Shown here: positions 10,473-20,392 of the stretch, piece after piece
Numbering within the stretch: the first letter of the stretch is position 1
Layout of the letters: every line of letters begins with the position of its first letter
From: Polynucleobacter meluiroseus
GTDB lineage: Bacteria; Pseudomonadota; Gammaproteobacteria; Burkholderiales; Burkholderiaceae
Length of the DNA stretch: 32,000 nt
Direction: 5' to 3'
Assembly: GCA_945881875.1 (NCBI GenBank)
Contig: CAMCVH010000006.1
Location: 34,500-66,499 of the forward strand
Translations under genes and position numbers: made by a program
The notes under the pieces: model-generated
Seen by the model: only the letters and a program-made list of their open reading frames with translations
Databases searched by the model: none
Told to the model about the DNA's origin: nothing

Positions 10473-12940
10473 CGCGCTAAGTAAGCTTTAAATCCACGTC
10501 CTGTTCTATTAGATTTGAAGTTAGTTAGTAAGTCTGTTTTACCTTCACTTAATAACTTAGATACCTGTTCTTTAGAAATCTCCTGTTGGAGAACAACCTT
10601 TCCAGTTGAAAAGTCACATGATTTACTTGGTCCAACGCTGCGCTCACACAAATACTTCATGCCATGTTCATAAACAGCGCTGGAGCATTTAGGACAGGCA
10701 CCCAATGACGCTTGACCAGAGAAGTCAACCTCTTCCAAGTCATCCTCTTGGCTGTTACCAAAATCGAACTCTAATTTGAATCCAGCGTTTGGATAATCTT
10801 TATCGTCTTCTGGAATGGCAACCAACTTAATAATTGCTGCGAATGGCCTACCCATTTTGCTTCTAAAGCCCTGAAGAGGCCCAATCTCTTTGTTGGCAAT
10901 GAAAGCTTCTGCCTCATCGTATTCAAATGCTCTGCCCCCTGGAATTTTGCTAATAGAGAAGCCACATTTTTCGCAAGCAAAACGACGATAGTTTTCTTTA
11001 ACTAGTCCGCCACAATGAGGGCATGGTGTTTTGAGATCAGCATAATCTCCCGGAATAGTGTCACTGTCATATTCTTTTGCACGCTTAACAATACGTTGAG
11101 TAATTTGAGCGATTTCTTGCATGAAGGTATTTCGGTCTATTAAACCTTTTTCCATCAATGACAACTTATGCTCCCAGTTACCCGTAAGTGCCGGTTGCGT
11201 TAACTCTTCCACGCCAAGACCTCTTAACAAGGTCATTAATTGAAATGCTTTTGCAGTTGGTATGATTTCGCGGGCTTCGCGCACCATGTATTTTTCAGCA
11301 AGTAAGCCTTCAATAATCGCAGCCCGAGTGGCAGGAGTTCCTAAGCCTTTATCAGACATGGCTTCGCGCATGTCGTCATCATCAACAAGCTTTCCAGCGC
11401 CTTCCATGGCAGACAATAATGTTGCCTCGGTATATCTGGCTGGTGGCTTTGTTTTAAGAGGAACGGGGCTGACGGATTCAGTCTTAACTTTTTCGTTTTC
11501 TGCAACTGCAACTAGCTCTTTGTCATCTTGTATTGATTTGCCGTAAACAGTTAGCCAGCCTGGACTTGTTAGGATCTTTCCATCAGTCTTGAATAGGTGC
11601 CCACTTACTTCAGTAATGCGAGTTGTAAGTTTGAACTCTGCAGATGGAAAAAATACAGCCATAAAGCGGCGCACAACTAAATCGTATAGCTTTTGTTCTG
11701 GCTCCGACAAATTCTTTGGAGCTTGAAGGGTTGGGATAATCGCAAAGTGATCAGAAATCTTACTGTTATCAAAAATCTTTTTATTGGGCTTTACCCAAGA
11801 ACTATTCAAGATTTGTGATGCAAACGGGTAGTAATTATCAGAGCTTTCAGCCAGCATTTCTAAAGTGCTAGTAACCGTTGGTAAGTAATCTTCTGGCAGT
11901 GCTCGAGAGTCAGTTCTTGGATAAGTTAACACTTTATGTCTCTCATAAAGTGCTTGAGCAAGACCTAGAGTGTTCTTAGCGGAGAAGCCAAAGCGCGCGT
12001 TGGCCTCTCGTTGAAGGCTGGTTAAGTCAAAAAGCTGAGGAGCAGCTTGAGAACTTGGTTTAGATTCTTCAGTTACCTTTCCTGGCTTTTCACGACAGGC
12101 AGCAACGATGCTGGCAGCAGCAGCCTCACTCCAAAGTCGGCTTTCCTTTTTCTCAGGGTCAACGACAACATCTTTAGATTCTTTTTTAAATTTCGGGTCA
12201 AACCATCTACCTTGGTAAATGCCGGCAGCACAAATAAACTCAGCACTAACTTCCCAATAGTCTCGTGATATGAATTTACGAATTAACTCTTCTCTTTCAA
12301 CAACAATTGAAAGTGTTGGTGTTTGAACACGACCAACCGTTGTTAAAAAGAAACCGCCACTCTTACTATTAAAAGCAGTCATAGCACGCGTGCCGTTGAT
12401 GCCTACCAGCCAGTCAGATTCAGAGCGGCAACGGGCAGCATTGGCAAGATTGTGAAGATCATCATCGCTACGAAGTTTGGTAAAGCCGTCACGGATAGCT
12501 TGGGGTGTCATGGACTGCAACCAAAGACGCTGAATTTTTTGAGTTGCTTTTGTATGCTGTGCAATGAGCCTAAAAATTAACTCGCCCTCTCTGCCGGCGT
12601 CACAGGCATTAATAAGCAGGTTGATGTCTTTTCTTTTTATCAGCTTTTGAAGAACCTTAAGGCGTGCCTCTGTTTTCGCAATGGGCCTTAAATCAAAATG
12701 GGGCGGTATGACGGGTAGATTAGCAAACGACCACTTACCTCGTTTGACCTCATAAGCATCAGGAGCTGCTATTTCTAATAAATGTCCTACGGCTGATGAA
12801 ACAACAAAGTCATCACTTTCAAAGTAATCTTCATGTTTTGTAAAGCCGCCAATAGCGCGCGCAATATCAGCCGCAACTGAGGGTTTTTCAGCAATAATAA
12901 GGCTCTTATATTGGCCTGGTTCAGCAGTAGTTTTTGCCAC
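10328..12940 (-). CDS. topB: DNA topoisomerase III (type IA) with zinc-ribbon repeats and a Lys/Ala-rich C-terminal tail
   Basis: 870 aa with a Toprim start (LIIAEKPSVAADIA), the active-site Tyr motif LTYPRTDSRALP, two CxxC...CxxC zinc ribbons (CPHCGG...CEKC, CPKC...C) and the tail APAKKRAAPKAPAKSDVKPAAAKRAPAKKRASKKAE. Confidence 0.85.
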   Translation of the reverse strand: MAKTTAEPGQYKSLIIAEKPSVAADIARAIGGFTKHEDYFESDDFVVSSAVGHLLEIAAPDAYEVKRGKWSFANLPVIPPHFDLRPIAKTEARLKVLQKLIKRKDINLLINACDAGREGELIFRLIAQHTKATQKIQRLWLQSMTPQAIRDGFTKLRSDDDLHNLANAARCRSESDWLVGINGTRAMTAFNSKSGGFFLTTVGRVQTPTLSIVVEREELIRKFISRDYWEVSAEFICAAGIYQGRWFDPKFKKESKDVVVDPEKKESRLWSEAAAASIVAACREKPGKVTEESKPSSQAAPQLFDLTSLQREANARFGFSAKNTLGLAQALYERHKVLTYPRTDSRALPEDYLPTVTSTLEMLAESSDNYYPFASQILNSSWVKPNKKIFDNSKISDHFAIIPTLQAPKNLSEPEQKLYDLVVRRFMAVFFPSAEFKLTTRITEVSGHLFKTDGKILTSPGWLTVYGKSIQDDKELVAVAENEKVKTESVSPVPLKTKPPARYTEATLLSAMEGAGKLVDDDDMREAMSDKGLGTPATRAAIIEGLLAEKYMVREAREIIPTAKAFQLMTLLRGLGVEELTQPALTGNWEHKLSLMEKGLIDRNTFMQEIAQITQRIVKRAKEYDSDTIPGDYADLKTPCPHCGGLVKENYRRFACEKCGFSISKIPGGRAFEYDEAEAFIANKEIGPLQGFRSKMGRPFAAIIKLVAIPEDDKDYPNAGFKLEFDFGNSQEDDLEEVDFSGQASLGACPKCSSAVYEHGMKYLCERSVGPSKSCDFSTGKVVLQQEISKEQVSKLLSEGKTDLLTNFKSNRTGRGFKAYLARQPDGKISFEFEAPAKKRAAPKAPAKSDVKPAAAKRAPAKKRASKKAE

Positions 12941-13072
12941 AGTGCAGCTTTCCCAAAGGGTCTAATTAAATTAATTTCCTTTTTTCATTATTAACCGATA
13001 AATGAAAAAGTTGGAAAAAATTAAAAAAACATACTTTTTTAGAGCATTAGTATCAATGGCTAATTACAAACC

Positions 13073-13732
13073 TCATAGCTTTAAAATAAGCTCTTCGGTG
13101 ATATCGGCGGGCCTCTCAGTTAGCTTGGCTCCGTTTTTAATTAGTTGATGGCAACCAGAGCCGCAGACCTTTCCGATGACATTTGGAATAGCAAAAACCT
13201 CTCTACCAAGATCATTAGCAAATTGTGCGGTTATTAAAGAGCCCGATTTTTGATTGGCCTCAACAACAAGAGTGCCAAGAGACAGGGCAGCAATTAGTCG
13301 GTTTCTTTGGGGGAAGTGATAAGGTTTAGTTATCGTGCCAATTGGATACTCAGATAATAAGCCTTTTTCAGCTATTGACTGGCATAGCGCTCTGTTTTTT
13401 ATGGGATAACAACGATCAAGGCTTGTTCCGCATACCGCGATAGTGGGGCGTTTAAGCTCGGAGCCAAGGGCTCCCGAGTGAGCGGCGGAATCAATTCCTT
13501 CGGCTAGACCTGAAATAATACAAATACCCACGTTAGCAAGGGATTTTGCAAAGTCATAAGCATGTCTTAAGCCTTGTTGGCTAGCTTTTCTTGAGCCAAC
13601 TATTGCTAAACTCGGTAATTGAAGGGCTTCAAGGTGGCCCTTGCAATAAATTTCTACAGGTGGGTCCTGCAAATCAAGCAATCTCCTCGGATAATAGGGG
13701 CTTGATTGATTGATTGAGATAATAGATGTCAT
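13073..13732 (-). CDS. dprA: DNA-processing protein DprA (Rossmann-fold core only)
   Basis: 219 aa with YPRRLLDLQDPPVEIYCKG, IVGSRKAS and GLAEGIDSAAH. It sits in the conserved neighbourhood with topoisomerase and def-fmt. Confidence 0.85.
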   Translation of the reverse strand: MTSIISINQSSPYYPRRLLDLQDPPVEIYCKGHLEALQLPSLAIVGSRKASQQGLRHAYDFAKSLANVGICIISGLAEGIDSAAHSGALGSELKRPTIAVCGTSLDRCYPIKNRALCQSIAEKGLLSEYPIGTITKPYHFPQRNRLIAALSLGTLVVEANQKSGSLITAQFANDLGREVFAIPNVIGKVCGSGCHQLIKNGAKLTERPADITEELILKL

Positions 13733-13804
13733 TAATTGATTGTCTATGTCTTATAAGTCCTCAACAATCAGCTTTTATTGAACCTTTTGTAAGAAACTTC
13801 TGAA

Positions 13805-14314
13805 ATGGCTGCATTACTTATCCTTAACTATCCTGATCCGCGTTTACACGCGGTGGCCCAACCTGTTCTAGAAGTAAATGACAAGGTTCGAGCATTGGTC
13901 AAAGATATGGCTCAAACAATGTATGAGGCACCAGGGATAGGGTTGGCTGCAACACAGGTTAATGTTCACAAGCAAATTATTGTGATTGATTTGTCAGATG
14001 AGAGAAATCAATTACATGTTTTCATCAATCCTGAGCTAGTTTGGAAAAGTGAAGAGACAAAAGTTTGGCAAGAGGGCTGCCTGTCAGTACCAGATTTTTA
14101 TGACGAAGTATCACGGCCCTCCGAAGTAAAGGTGCGTGCATTGGGGGTTGATGGAAAACCTTTTGAGATCCATGCCGATGGCTTAATGGCTGTTTGTATT
14201 CAGCATGAAATGGACCACCTAAAAGGAAAAGTATTTGTTGAATATTTATCTCCCTTAAAGCGTATGAGGATTGCAGGTAAATTAAAGAAAAAAACAAAAG
14301 CAGGCGTTCTTTAA
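13805..14314 (+). CDS. def: Peptide deformylase
   Basis: 169 aa with [16 protein letters not shown] and HEMDHL. Confidence 0.95.
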   Translation: MAALLILNYPDPRLHAVAQPVLEVNDKVRALVKDMAQTMYEAPGIGLAATQVNVHKQIIVIDLSDERNQLHVFINPELVWKSEETKVWQEGCLSVPDFYDEVSRPSEVKVRALGVDGKPFEIHADGLMAVCIQHEMDHLKGKVFVEYLSPLKRMRIAGKLKKKTKAGVL

Positions 14315-15291
14315 TGTTGAAAGTTGTGTTTGCGGGAACGCCTGAGTTTGCAAAGACTGCTTTGAATTCAATAGAGAGCGCCGGCCATCAAATTATTTTG
14401 GTGATGACGCAGCCCGATCGCCCTGCTGGCAGGGGCATGAGTTTGCATGCTAGTCCCGTTAAACAATTTGCACTTGATAAAAACATTCCCGTTTTACAGC
14501 CAAACTCTCTCAAAATAGATGGTAGGTATGCTGCCGAAGCTAAGGCCGCTCTGCACTATTTAGAGGGCATTGATTTTGATGTCATGGTGGTTGCTGCCTA
14601 TGGCTTAATATTGCCAAAAGAGGTTTTTGATATTGCTGAGCGCCAAGGGCGAGCAGGTTGTATCAATATTCATGCATCACTTTTGCCACGTTGGCGTGGG
14701 GCAGCACCAATCCATAGAGCGATTGAAGCCGGAGATTCAGTTACGGGTATTTCAATTATGCAAATGGATTTGGGCCTTGATACTGGTCCGGTAATCGCGA
14801 TGAAAGAAATTGCAATACAAGAACAAGAAACAACAGCTTCTTTGCATGATGATTTAGCTTTGTTGGGCGGTCAGATGATTGTTGAAGCGCTTGCTCAATT
14901 TGAAAAAAACAAGACTTTGCACAACGTGCCTCAAGATCTTGTTGGAGTGACTTATGCTAATAAAATATTAAAAGATGAGGCTCGAATTAATTGGACAGAA
15001 AGCGCAGAAAAGCTAGATTGCAAAATTAGAGCATTTAATCCTTTTCCGGGCACCAACTTTGAAAAAGATGGTCAGGTAATTAAAGTATGGGGCGCAAAAA
15101 AAACGCAACTGCCTGCTAACGCCGGAACTCCAGGCGAAATAATTTCAATTGAAAATGATGGCATAAATGTTGTCACAGGATTTGGAGTTTTGTTGTTAAC
15201 AGAGTTACAAAAACCGGGAGGCAAAAGACTGCCAGCCGGTCAGCTGGCTAAAACTTTAGCGTGGACGCCAGGTCAGTGTTTATTCAACTAG
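14314..15291 (+). CDS. fmt: Methionyl-tRNA formyltransferase
   Basis: 325 aa with HASLLPRWRGAAPI. It has a 1-nt TAATG overlap with def. Confidence 0.95.
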   Translation: MLKVVFAGTPEFAKTALNSIESAGHQIILVMTQPDRPAGRGMSLHASPVKQFALDKNIPVLQPNSLKIDGRYAAEAKAALHYLEGIDFDVMVVAAYGLILPKEVFDIAERQGRAGCINIHASLLPRWRGAAPIHRAIEAGDSVTGISIMQMDLGLDTGPVIAMKEIAIQEQETTASLHDDLALLGGQMIVEALAQFEKNKTLHNVPQDLVGVTYANKILKDEARINWTESAEKLDCKIRAFNPFPGTNFEKDGQVIKVWGAKKTQLPANAGTPGEIISIENDGINVVTGFGVLLLTELQKPGGKRLPAGQLAKTLAWTPGQCLFN

Positions 15292-15311
15292 CACTTAGTC
15301 ATTGCAACCAT

Positions 15312-15339
15312 TTGAAAGTATCAACAATTACCCGCATTT
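15312..15339 (+). promoter_or_regulatory. Candidate sigma-32 (RpoH)-type heat-shock promoter upstream of htpX
   Basis: TTGAAA (15312-17), a 13-nt spacer, then CCCGCATTT (15331-39). The E. coli sigma-32 consensus is TTGAAA-N13-15-CCCCATNT. The site lies ~64 nt upstream of the htpX ATG. Confidence 0.45.
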
Positions 15340-15402
15340 CATGTGAATGAAATTATAAAAAACTAGAATTGAGAAAAGTAACTTTTCTAAGGAATAAAGA
15401 CT

Positions 15403-16263
15403 ATGTTTAATTGGTTTAAAACTGGAATATTAATGGCAGGTATCACCGCTTTATTTGTGGTGGTGGGTGGGATGTTAGGTGGAGAGCAGGGCATGTTGTT
15501 GGCCTTGTTGTTCGCTTTTGGCATGAACTTTTTTAGCTATTGGTTCTCGGACAAGATGGTTTTGAAAATGATGAATGCAAGGGAAGTGGATGAAGTGACT
15601 GCCCCTCATTTTTATCGCATGGTGCAGGAGCTATCTCAGCGTGCTAATTTACCAATGCCAAAAGTTTATTTAATAGATGAAGCAGCACCCAATGCTTTTG
15701 CAACTGGTCGAAATCCACAGCATGCCGCTGTGGCAGCAACAACTGGTATTTTAAGAATTCTTTCTGAGAGAGAAATTCGCGGTGTTATGGCTCATGAGCT
15801 AGCTCACGTAAAAAATAGAGATATTCTTATTTCAACCATTTCAGCAACTATGGCCGGAGCGTTATCAGCTCTCGCGAATTTTGCAATGTTCTTTGGCGGC
15901 AGAGATTCAGAGGGTCGACCAAGCAATCCGGTTGCAACTATTCTAGTTGCGATTCTTGCACCATTAGCAGCCAGTTTGATTCAGATGGCTATTTCAAGAG
16001 CAAGAGAGTACGAAGCAGATCGGGGTGGCGCAGAAATCTGTGGCGATCCAGAAGCATTGGCTAGTGCGCTTGATAAAATTCAACGTTTTGCAGCAGGACA
16101 ACATTTTGATGCTGTAGAGCATCATCCAGAAACTGCTCAGATGATGATTATGAATCCTCTTTCTGGCGGTGGCATTCGTGGATTATTCTCAACCCACCCG
16201 CCAACCGAAGAGCGTGTATCTCGATTAATGGAAATGGCAAGAACTGGATCCTACCCTGTCTGA
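15403..16263 (+). CDS. htpX: Zinc metalloprotease HtpX (M48 family)
   Basis: 286 aa with multiple TM segments, HELAHV, and EYEADRGGA downstream. Confidence 0.9.
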   Translation: MFNWFKTGILMAGITALFVVVGGMLGGEQGMLLALLFAFGMNFFSYWFSDKMVLKMMNAREVDEVTAPHFYRMVQELSQRANLPMPKVYLIDEAAPNAFATGRNPQHAAVAATTGILRILSEREIRGVMAHELAHVKNRDILISTISATMAGALSALANFAMFFGGRDSEGRPSNPVATILVAILAPLAASLIQMAISRAREYEADRGGAEICGDPEALASALDKIQRFAAGQHFDAVEHHPETAQMMIMNPLSGGGIRGLFSTHPPTEERVSRLMEMARTGSYPV

Positions 16264-16315
16264 TATCAAACAACAGGGTGCGAGCCTTTCAAAATCGCTC
16301 CTTGCAACAGCTAAA

Positions 16316-17569
16316 GTGTTGGAGCAAGTTCAAGAAGGGGCTTCACTAACTGCAGCCATGCAATCGGTTGCCCCGGCATTAAGGCCAGCCGTTCAAAGCA
16401 TTACTTTTCAGGCGCTAAGACGAGGTTACTGGGTTCAAGAAGTTCTAAATCAGTACGTACAAAAATCTCCGCCAGGATTAACGCTTTACCTTTTATGGGC
16501 GGCTATATCTTTGGTACCTGGAAAAAATCGTGAGTCAATGTATCCAACCCACACTTTGGTGAATGAGGCTGTTAATGCCACCAACCTAGATGCCGATTTG
16601 GGTTATGCCAAGGGTTTAATTAATGCTGTGCTTAGGCGTGTTTTAAGAAATGACAAGATCTATCAAGAGATTTCAGAGGACGACAATCCATCCTATCCTG
16701 ATTGGTGGTTAAGAAAACTTAAGTTTGCTTACCCCAAAGAGGCAAACTCAGTCATTGCTTGCTCGAAAGAAAAGCCACCTTTAACGCTTCGTCTTAATCA
16801 CAGACAAATGCCTACAGAGGATGCTAAGAAGTCATATTTATCTGAACTGACGGTTGCAGGGTTAGAGTTCAAAGTAGTTAATCCAATTGCTAAAAAAAAT
16901 ATATCTATGGGTCTTGAGCTAACTAGTGCGGTACCCGTTACGCAGATCCCTGATTTTTTTAATGGCGCTTGTTCAGTTCAGGATGCAGGCGCTCAAATTG
17001 CGGCGCAACTTCTATGCCCTGCCAAGGGCTCAAGGGTTTTAGATGCTTGCGCTGCACCGGGTGGTAAAGCAGCTCAACTATTAGAGCAATTTGATATTGA
17101 ATTAGATGCGCTAGAAATAGACCCCGACCGCGCAAAAAGAATAGAAGAAAATTTTGCGCGTCTCAAGTTAAGCGGTGGACATGTATTGGTAGGCGATGCA
17201 TCTCTCCCAAAAACATGGTTTAAAGGCGAGCTGTATGACGCGATCCTTGCTGACGTACCCTGCTCTGCCTCAGGAATTGTGAGGCGTCACCCTGATATCC
17301 CTTATTTAAGGCAAGAAGGTGATATTAAAAACCTTCAGGTTGCCCAGAGAAAAATACTAACTGCTTTATGGGAAGTACTTAAGCCGGGTGGCAAGTTACT
17401 ATATGTTACTTGCTCTATATTTCCGGATGAGGGTGAGCTGCAGGCCAAATGGTGGTTATCGGCTATGCCAAATGCGGTACGATTAGAGGCGCCAGGGCAA
17501 TTGTTACCAACCAAGCATCATGATGGTTTCTTTTACGCCCTTTTTGAGAAAAAGAAAGATAAAGTGTAA
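16316..17569 (+). CDS. rsmB: 16S rRNA (cytosine967-C5)-methyltransferase RsmB
   Basis: 417 aa with the SAM motif DACAAPGGK and the catalytic DVPCSASG and TCS motifs. It starts with GTG. The frame is open only back to 16229, with no better start codon. Confidence 0.9.
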   Translation: MLEQVQEGASLTAAMQSVAPALRPAVQSITFQALRRGYWVQEVLNQYVQKSPPGLTLYLLWAAISLVPGKNRESMYPTHTLVNEAVNATNLDADLGYAKGLINAVLRRVLRNDKIYQEISEDDNPSYPDWWLRKLKFAYPKEANSVIACSKEKPPLTLRLNHRQMPTEDAKKSYLSELTVAGLEFKVVNPIAKKNISMGLELTSAVPVTQIPDFFNGACSVQDAGAQIAAQLLCPAKGSRVLDACAAPGGKAAQLLEQFDIELDALEIDPDRAKRIEENFARLKLSGGHVLVGDASLPKTWFKGELYDAILADVPCSASGIVRRHPDIPYLRQEGDIKNLQVAQRKILTALWEVLKPGGKLLYVTCSIFPDEGELQAKWWLSAMPNAVRLEAPGQLLPTKHHDGFFYALFEKKKDKV

Positions 17570-17577
17570 AAAATAGT

Positions 17578-18159
17578 ATGCGTCAAATACTTAGATGGAT
17601 TGTGATAGCTATATCCACGGCAACTTTTGGAGTTGGGGTAGCGCATGCTAACGAGATAGAGTTTAAAAAGATAAGCCTTCGCCCAGTTGAACAGACATGG
17701 GTTTTAGACGCAGATTTATCTCTTACACTAAGTCCAGCTCTTGAGCAGCTAGTTAATAAAGGCGTAGTTTTACACTTTGTCACTGAGTTCCAATTAACTC
17801 AAAGTCGCTGGTATTGGTTTGATGCAAAAACAATTGAAGTGCAGCGGGTTTCTAAGATCTCATATCAAGCGCTTACTAATCAATATCGTGTAACTTTAGG
17901 AAGTTTTAGTTTGTCCGCGACGAATTTAAAGCAAGCTCTTGCGGCGGTTCGCACGATTGAAGACTGGACAGTCATTGATGCATCAGCCATCAATATTAAC
18001 CAAAGTTATCAAGCCGCAGTTCGGATACGCTTAGATAGCAATCAATTAGCGAAACCGTTTCAGGTAAATGCGATTAATTCCAAATCTTGGAATCTACAAA
18101 GTGAATGGCAACGATTTGAATTTAATCCAAAGCAATTAATCAATGGGGTGAACCCATGA
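17578..18159 (+). CDS. Secreted DUF4390-like protein (conserved partner of the downstream sensor kinase in Burkholderiales)
   Basis: Has a signal peptide (...GVGVAHA/NE). It has a 4-nt overlap with the kinase gene. The DUF4390 assignment comes from remembered synteny (rsmB-DUF4390-kinase-regulator), not from a search. Confidence 0.55.
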   Translation: MRQILRWIVIAISTATFGVGVAHANEIEFKKISLRPVEQTWVLDADLSLTLSPALEQLVNKGVVLHFVTEFQLTQSRWYWFDAKTIEVQRVSKISYQALTNQYRVTLGSFSLSATNLKQALAAVRTIEDWTVIDASAININQSYQAAVRIRLDSNQLAKPFQVNAINSKSWNLQSEWQRFEFNPKQLINGVNP

Positions 18160-20390
18160 TGAAGCTTTTAGCAAAACCATTTTTGGTAGGATTAATTATT
18201 TTGTTGGCGCTGACCTTGTTAGTCTTGTTGGCAGTTGCTTCTGCAAATACATCTTTTTTTGATAAATACTTTGCCTGGCTCTTTGCCGCCAATATCTTGG
18301 TTGGACTGCTATTTGCAATAGTCATCATCATTCTTGTGATCACAATTTCTATTCGGTGGCGGCAGAAATATTTCGGCGCGCGCTTAATAGCCAAGCTGGC
18401 CATGTTTTTTGCATTAGTTGGCGTCCTTCCGGGGGCAATCTTGTATGGTGTTTCATTACAGTTTGTGTCAAGAAGTATTGAATCTTGGTTTGATGTAAAG
18501 GTGGAAGGAGCATTAGAGGCGGGCTTAAATCTTGGGCGCACGACTATTGATATTTCAAAAGCGGATTTACTAAGCAAAGGTCGTGAGCTTGTAAGCACCA
18601 TTCAGGCTGACTCAAGAAAATCTGGTGAGGGCGGTTTGACTTTATTGCTCTCTAGACAGCTTCAACAAATGGATCTGAAAGAGTTGGCAGTATTTGCATC
18701 AGGCCCTAAAACTATTGCCAGCGCTAGTTTAGATTTAAGTTCGTTTGTCATTCAAATGGCAGCTAGTGAAAAATTAGCTCAAGCTCGATCACTGGGGCAG
18801 TTGGTGGAGATTGATGAGCCTAGCCGAGAAATTGAAAAATCAACATATAGAATTAAATTGATTCTTCCCCTTCAACAATCTTCGTTAAATACAGACATTG
18901 GTTTTAATTTTAAAAACCAATCAGAGGATCGTTATCTATTATTAGTAAAAGATATGCCAGAAAGTTTAAGTAATAACGCGCTATCAGTTCAAGAGGCTTA
19001 TATTGAATACCAAGAAAAAGCACTTGGTAGGTCGGGATTACGAAAAATGTATATCGGAACTTTAACGATTGCATTATTTTTGGCATTGTTTATTGCAATG
19101 ACTTTAGCCTTATTGCTGGGTAGACAATTAGCCTATCCACTTATCATGCTCCTCAATGGCACGAAAGCCGTTGCAGATGGAGATCTTTCGCCTAGACCTG
19201 AAATAAACACGGGTGATGAGCTGGGTTTATTGACGCGCCAATTTAATGTAATGACTAAGCAATTACTTGATGCCAGAAATTCTTTAGAAGATTCAAAAGC
19301 ATTTTCAGAAAGCATTCTTTCAAACTTAACTGCTGGTGTATACGTATTGGATGCCAACCACCACTTGATGCTTTCAAATGCGGGTGCAGAGCGTATTTTT
19401 GAGATGTCTCTTAGCCAGAAGGTTGGCCAAACCTTGGAGAGCATACCGAAGCTTATGGCATTTGATAAAGCTGTTAAAGAGGCTTTTCGTGAGCATGAGA
19501 TATCTAGTGACGATCCTTCTGGACATTGGCAAAAACAAATTATCTTAGGAGAGGAGTCAAAAGATCATCAACATGAGCACGGCATTACCTTATTGGTTCG
19601 TGGTACGAAACTACCTAATAATTTACTAATTGTTGTTTTTGACGATATTTCTGAAGTAATTACAGCGCAGCGTTCAATTGCTTGGGGTGAGGTTGCACGC
19701 AGATTAGCACATGAGATTAAAAACCCATTAACGCCTATTCAGTTATCTGCCGAAAGAATTCAACAAAAGTTAAATAGTCAGCTAGATCCAAGCCAGCAGG
19801 AATTTTTAACTAGAAGTACTGCCAATATCATCACTCAAGTGGAAGCCATGAAACAGATGGTGAATGACTTTAGAGATTTTGCTAAAACTCCAGAAGCAAA
19901 CCTACAAAACTTATCAATCAATAATTTAGTCATTGATGTGCTGGGTCTTTATGAGGGTAGCCCAGTAAAAGCAGATCTTGATAAAGCGTGCCCAGATATT
20001 TCTGCAGATCCAACACAAATGAGACAGGTGATTCACAACTTAGTTCAAAATGCTTTGGATGCAAGTTTGGAAGCACACAAAAATAGTGACTTTTCTGTTT
20101 TAATAAAAACAGAATTTCTGCCATCACCCACAAATAGTTCATCTGAGCCAGGCATTGTGAAATTGAGCATTCTCGATTCGGGCACTGGATTTGCAAGCAG
20201 AATATTAAGTAGAGCTTTTGAGCCCTATGTAACAACAAAAGTTAAAGGTACCGGCTTAGGGTTGGCAACAGTTAAAAAAATTGTTGATGAGCATGGCGCC
20301 AGAATTGAACTACGTAACCGAATGGATCAAAATCATGTGATAGGTGCTGAGGTATCTATCTATTTCAATCAATTAGTAAGGCAAGGTTAG
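18156..20390 (+). CDS. NtrY-like PAS-domain sensor histidine kinase
   Basis: 744 aa with N-terminal TM segments, a HAMP-like linker, a PAS region, the H box AHEIKNPLTPIQLSAE, the N box HNLVQNALDA and G boxes DSGTGF / GTGLGLATVKKIV. Confidence 0.9.
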   Translation: MMKLLAKPFLVGLIILLALTLLVLLAVASANTSFFDKYFAWLFAANILVGLLFAIVIIILVITISIRWRQKYFGARLIAKLAMFFALVGVLPGAILYGVSLQFVSRSIESWFDVKVEGALEAGLNLGRTTIDISKADLLSKGRELVSTIQADSRKSGEGGLTLLLSRQLQQMDLKELAVFASGPKTIASASLDLSSFVIQMAASEKLAQARSLGQLVEIDEPSREIEKSTYRIKLILPLQQSSLNTDIGFNFKNQSEDRYLLLVKDMPESLSNNALSVQEAYIEYQEKALGRSGLRKMYIGTLTIALFLALFIAMTLALLLGRQLAYPLIMLLNGTKAVADGDLSPRPEINTGDELGLLTRQFNVMTKQLLDARNSLEDSKAFSESILSNLTAGVYVLDANHHLMLSNAGAERIFEMSLSQKVGQTLESIPKLMAFDKAVKEAFREHEISSDDPSGHWQKQIILGEESKDHQHEHGITLLVRGTKLPNNLLIVVFDDISEVITAQRSIAWGEVARRLAHEIKNPLTPIQLSAERIQQKLNSQLDPSQQEFLTRSTANIITQVEAMKQMVNDFRDFAKTPEANLQNLSINNLVIDVLGLYEGSPVKADLDKACPDISADPTQMRQVIHNLVQNALDASLEAHKNSDFSVLIKTEFLPSPTNSSSEPGIVKLSILDSGTGFASRILSRAFEPYVTTKVKGTGLGLATVKKIVDEHGARIELRNRMDQNHVIGAEVSIYFNQLVRQG

Positions 20391-20392
20391 TT

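Noticed and set aside
12941-13072. Inverted repeat TTTTTCATT-N12-AATGAAAAA in the topB-dprA spacer, as a possible regulatory element or missing smg gene
   Set aside because: It is a very AT-rich, low-information hairpin. No ORF fits in the 132-bp spacer, and nothing distinguishes it from promoter-region AT richness.
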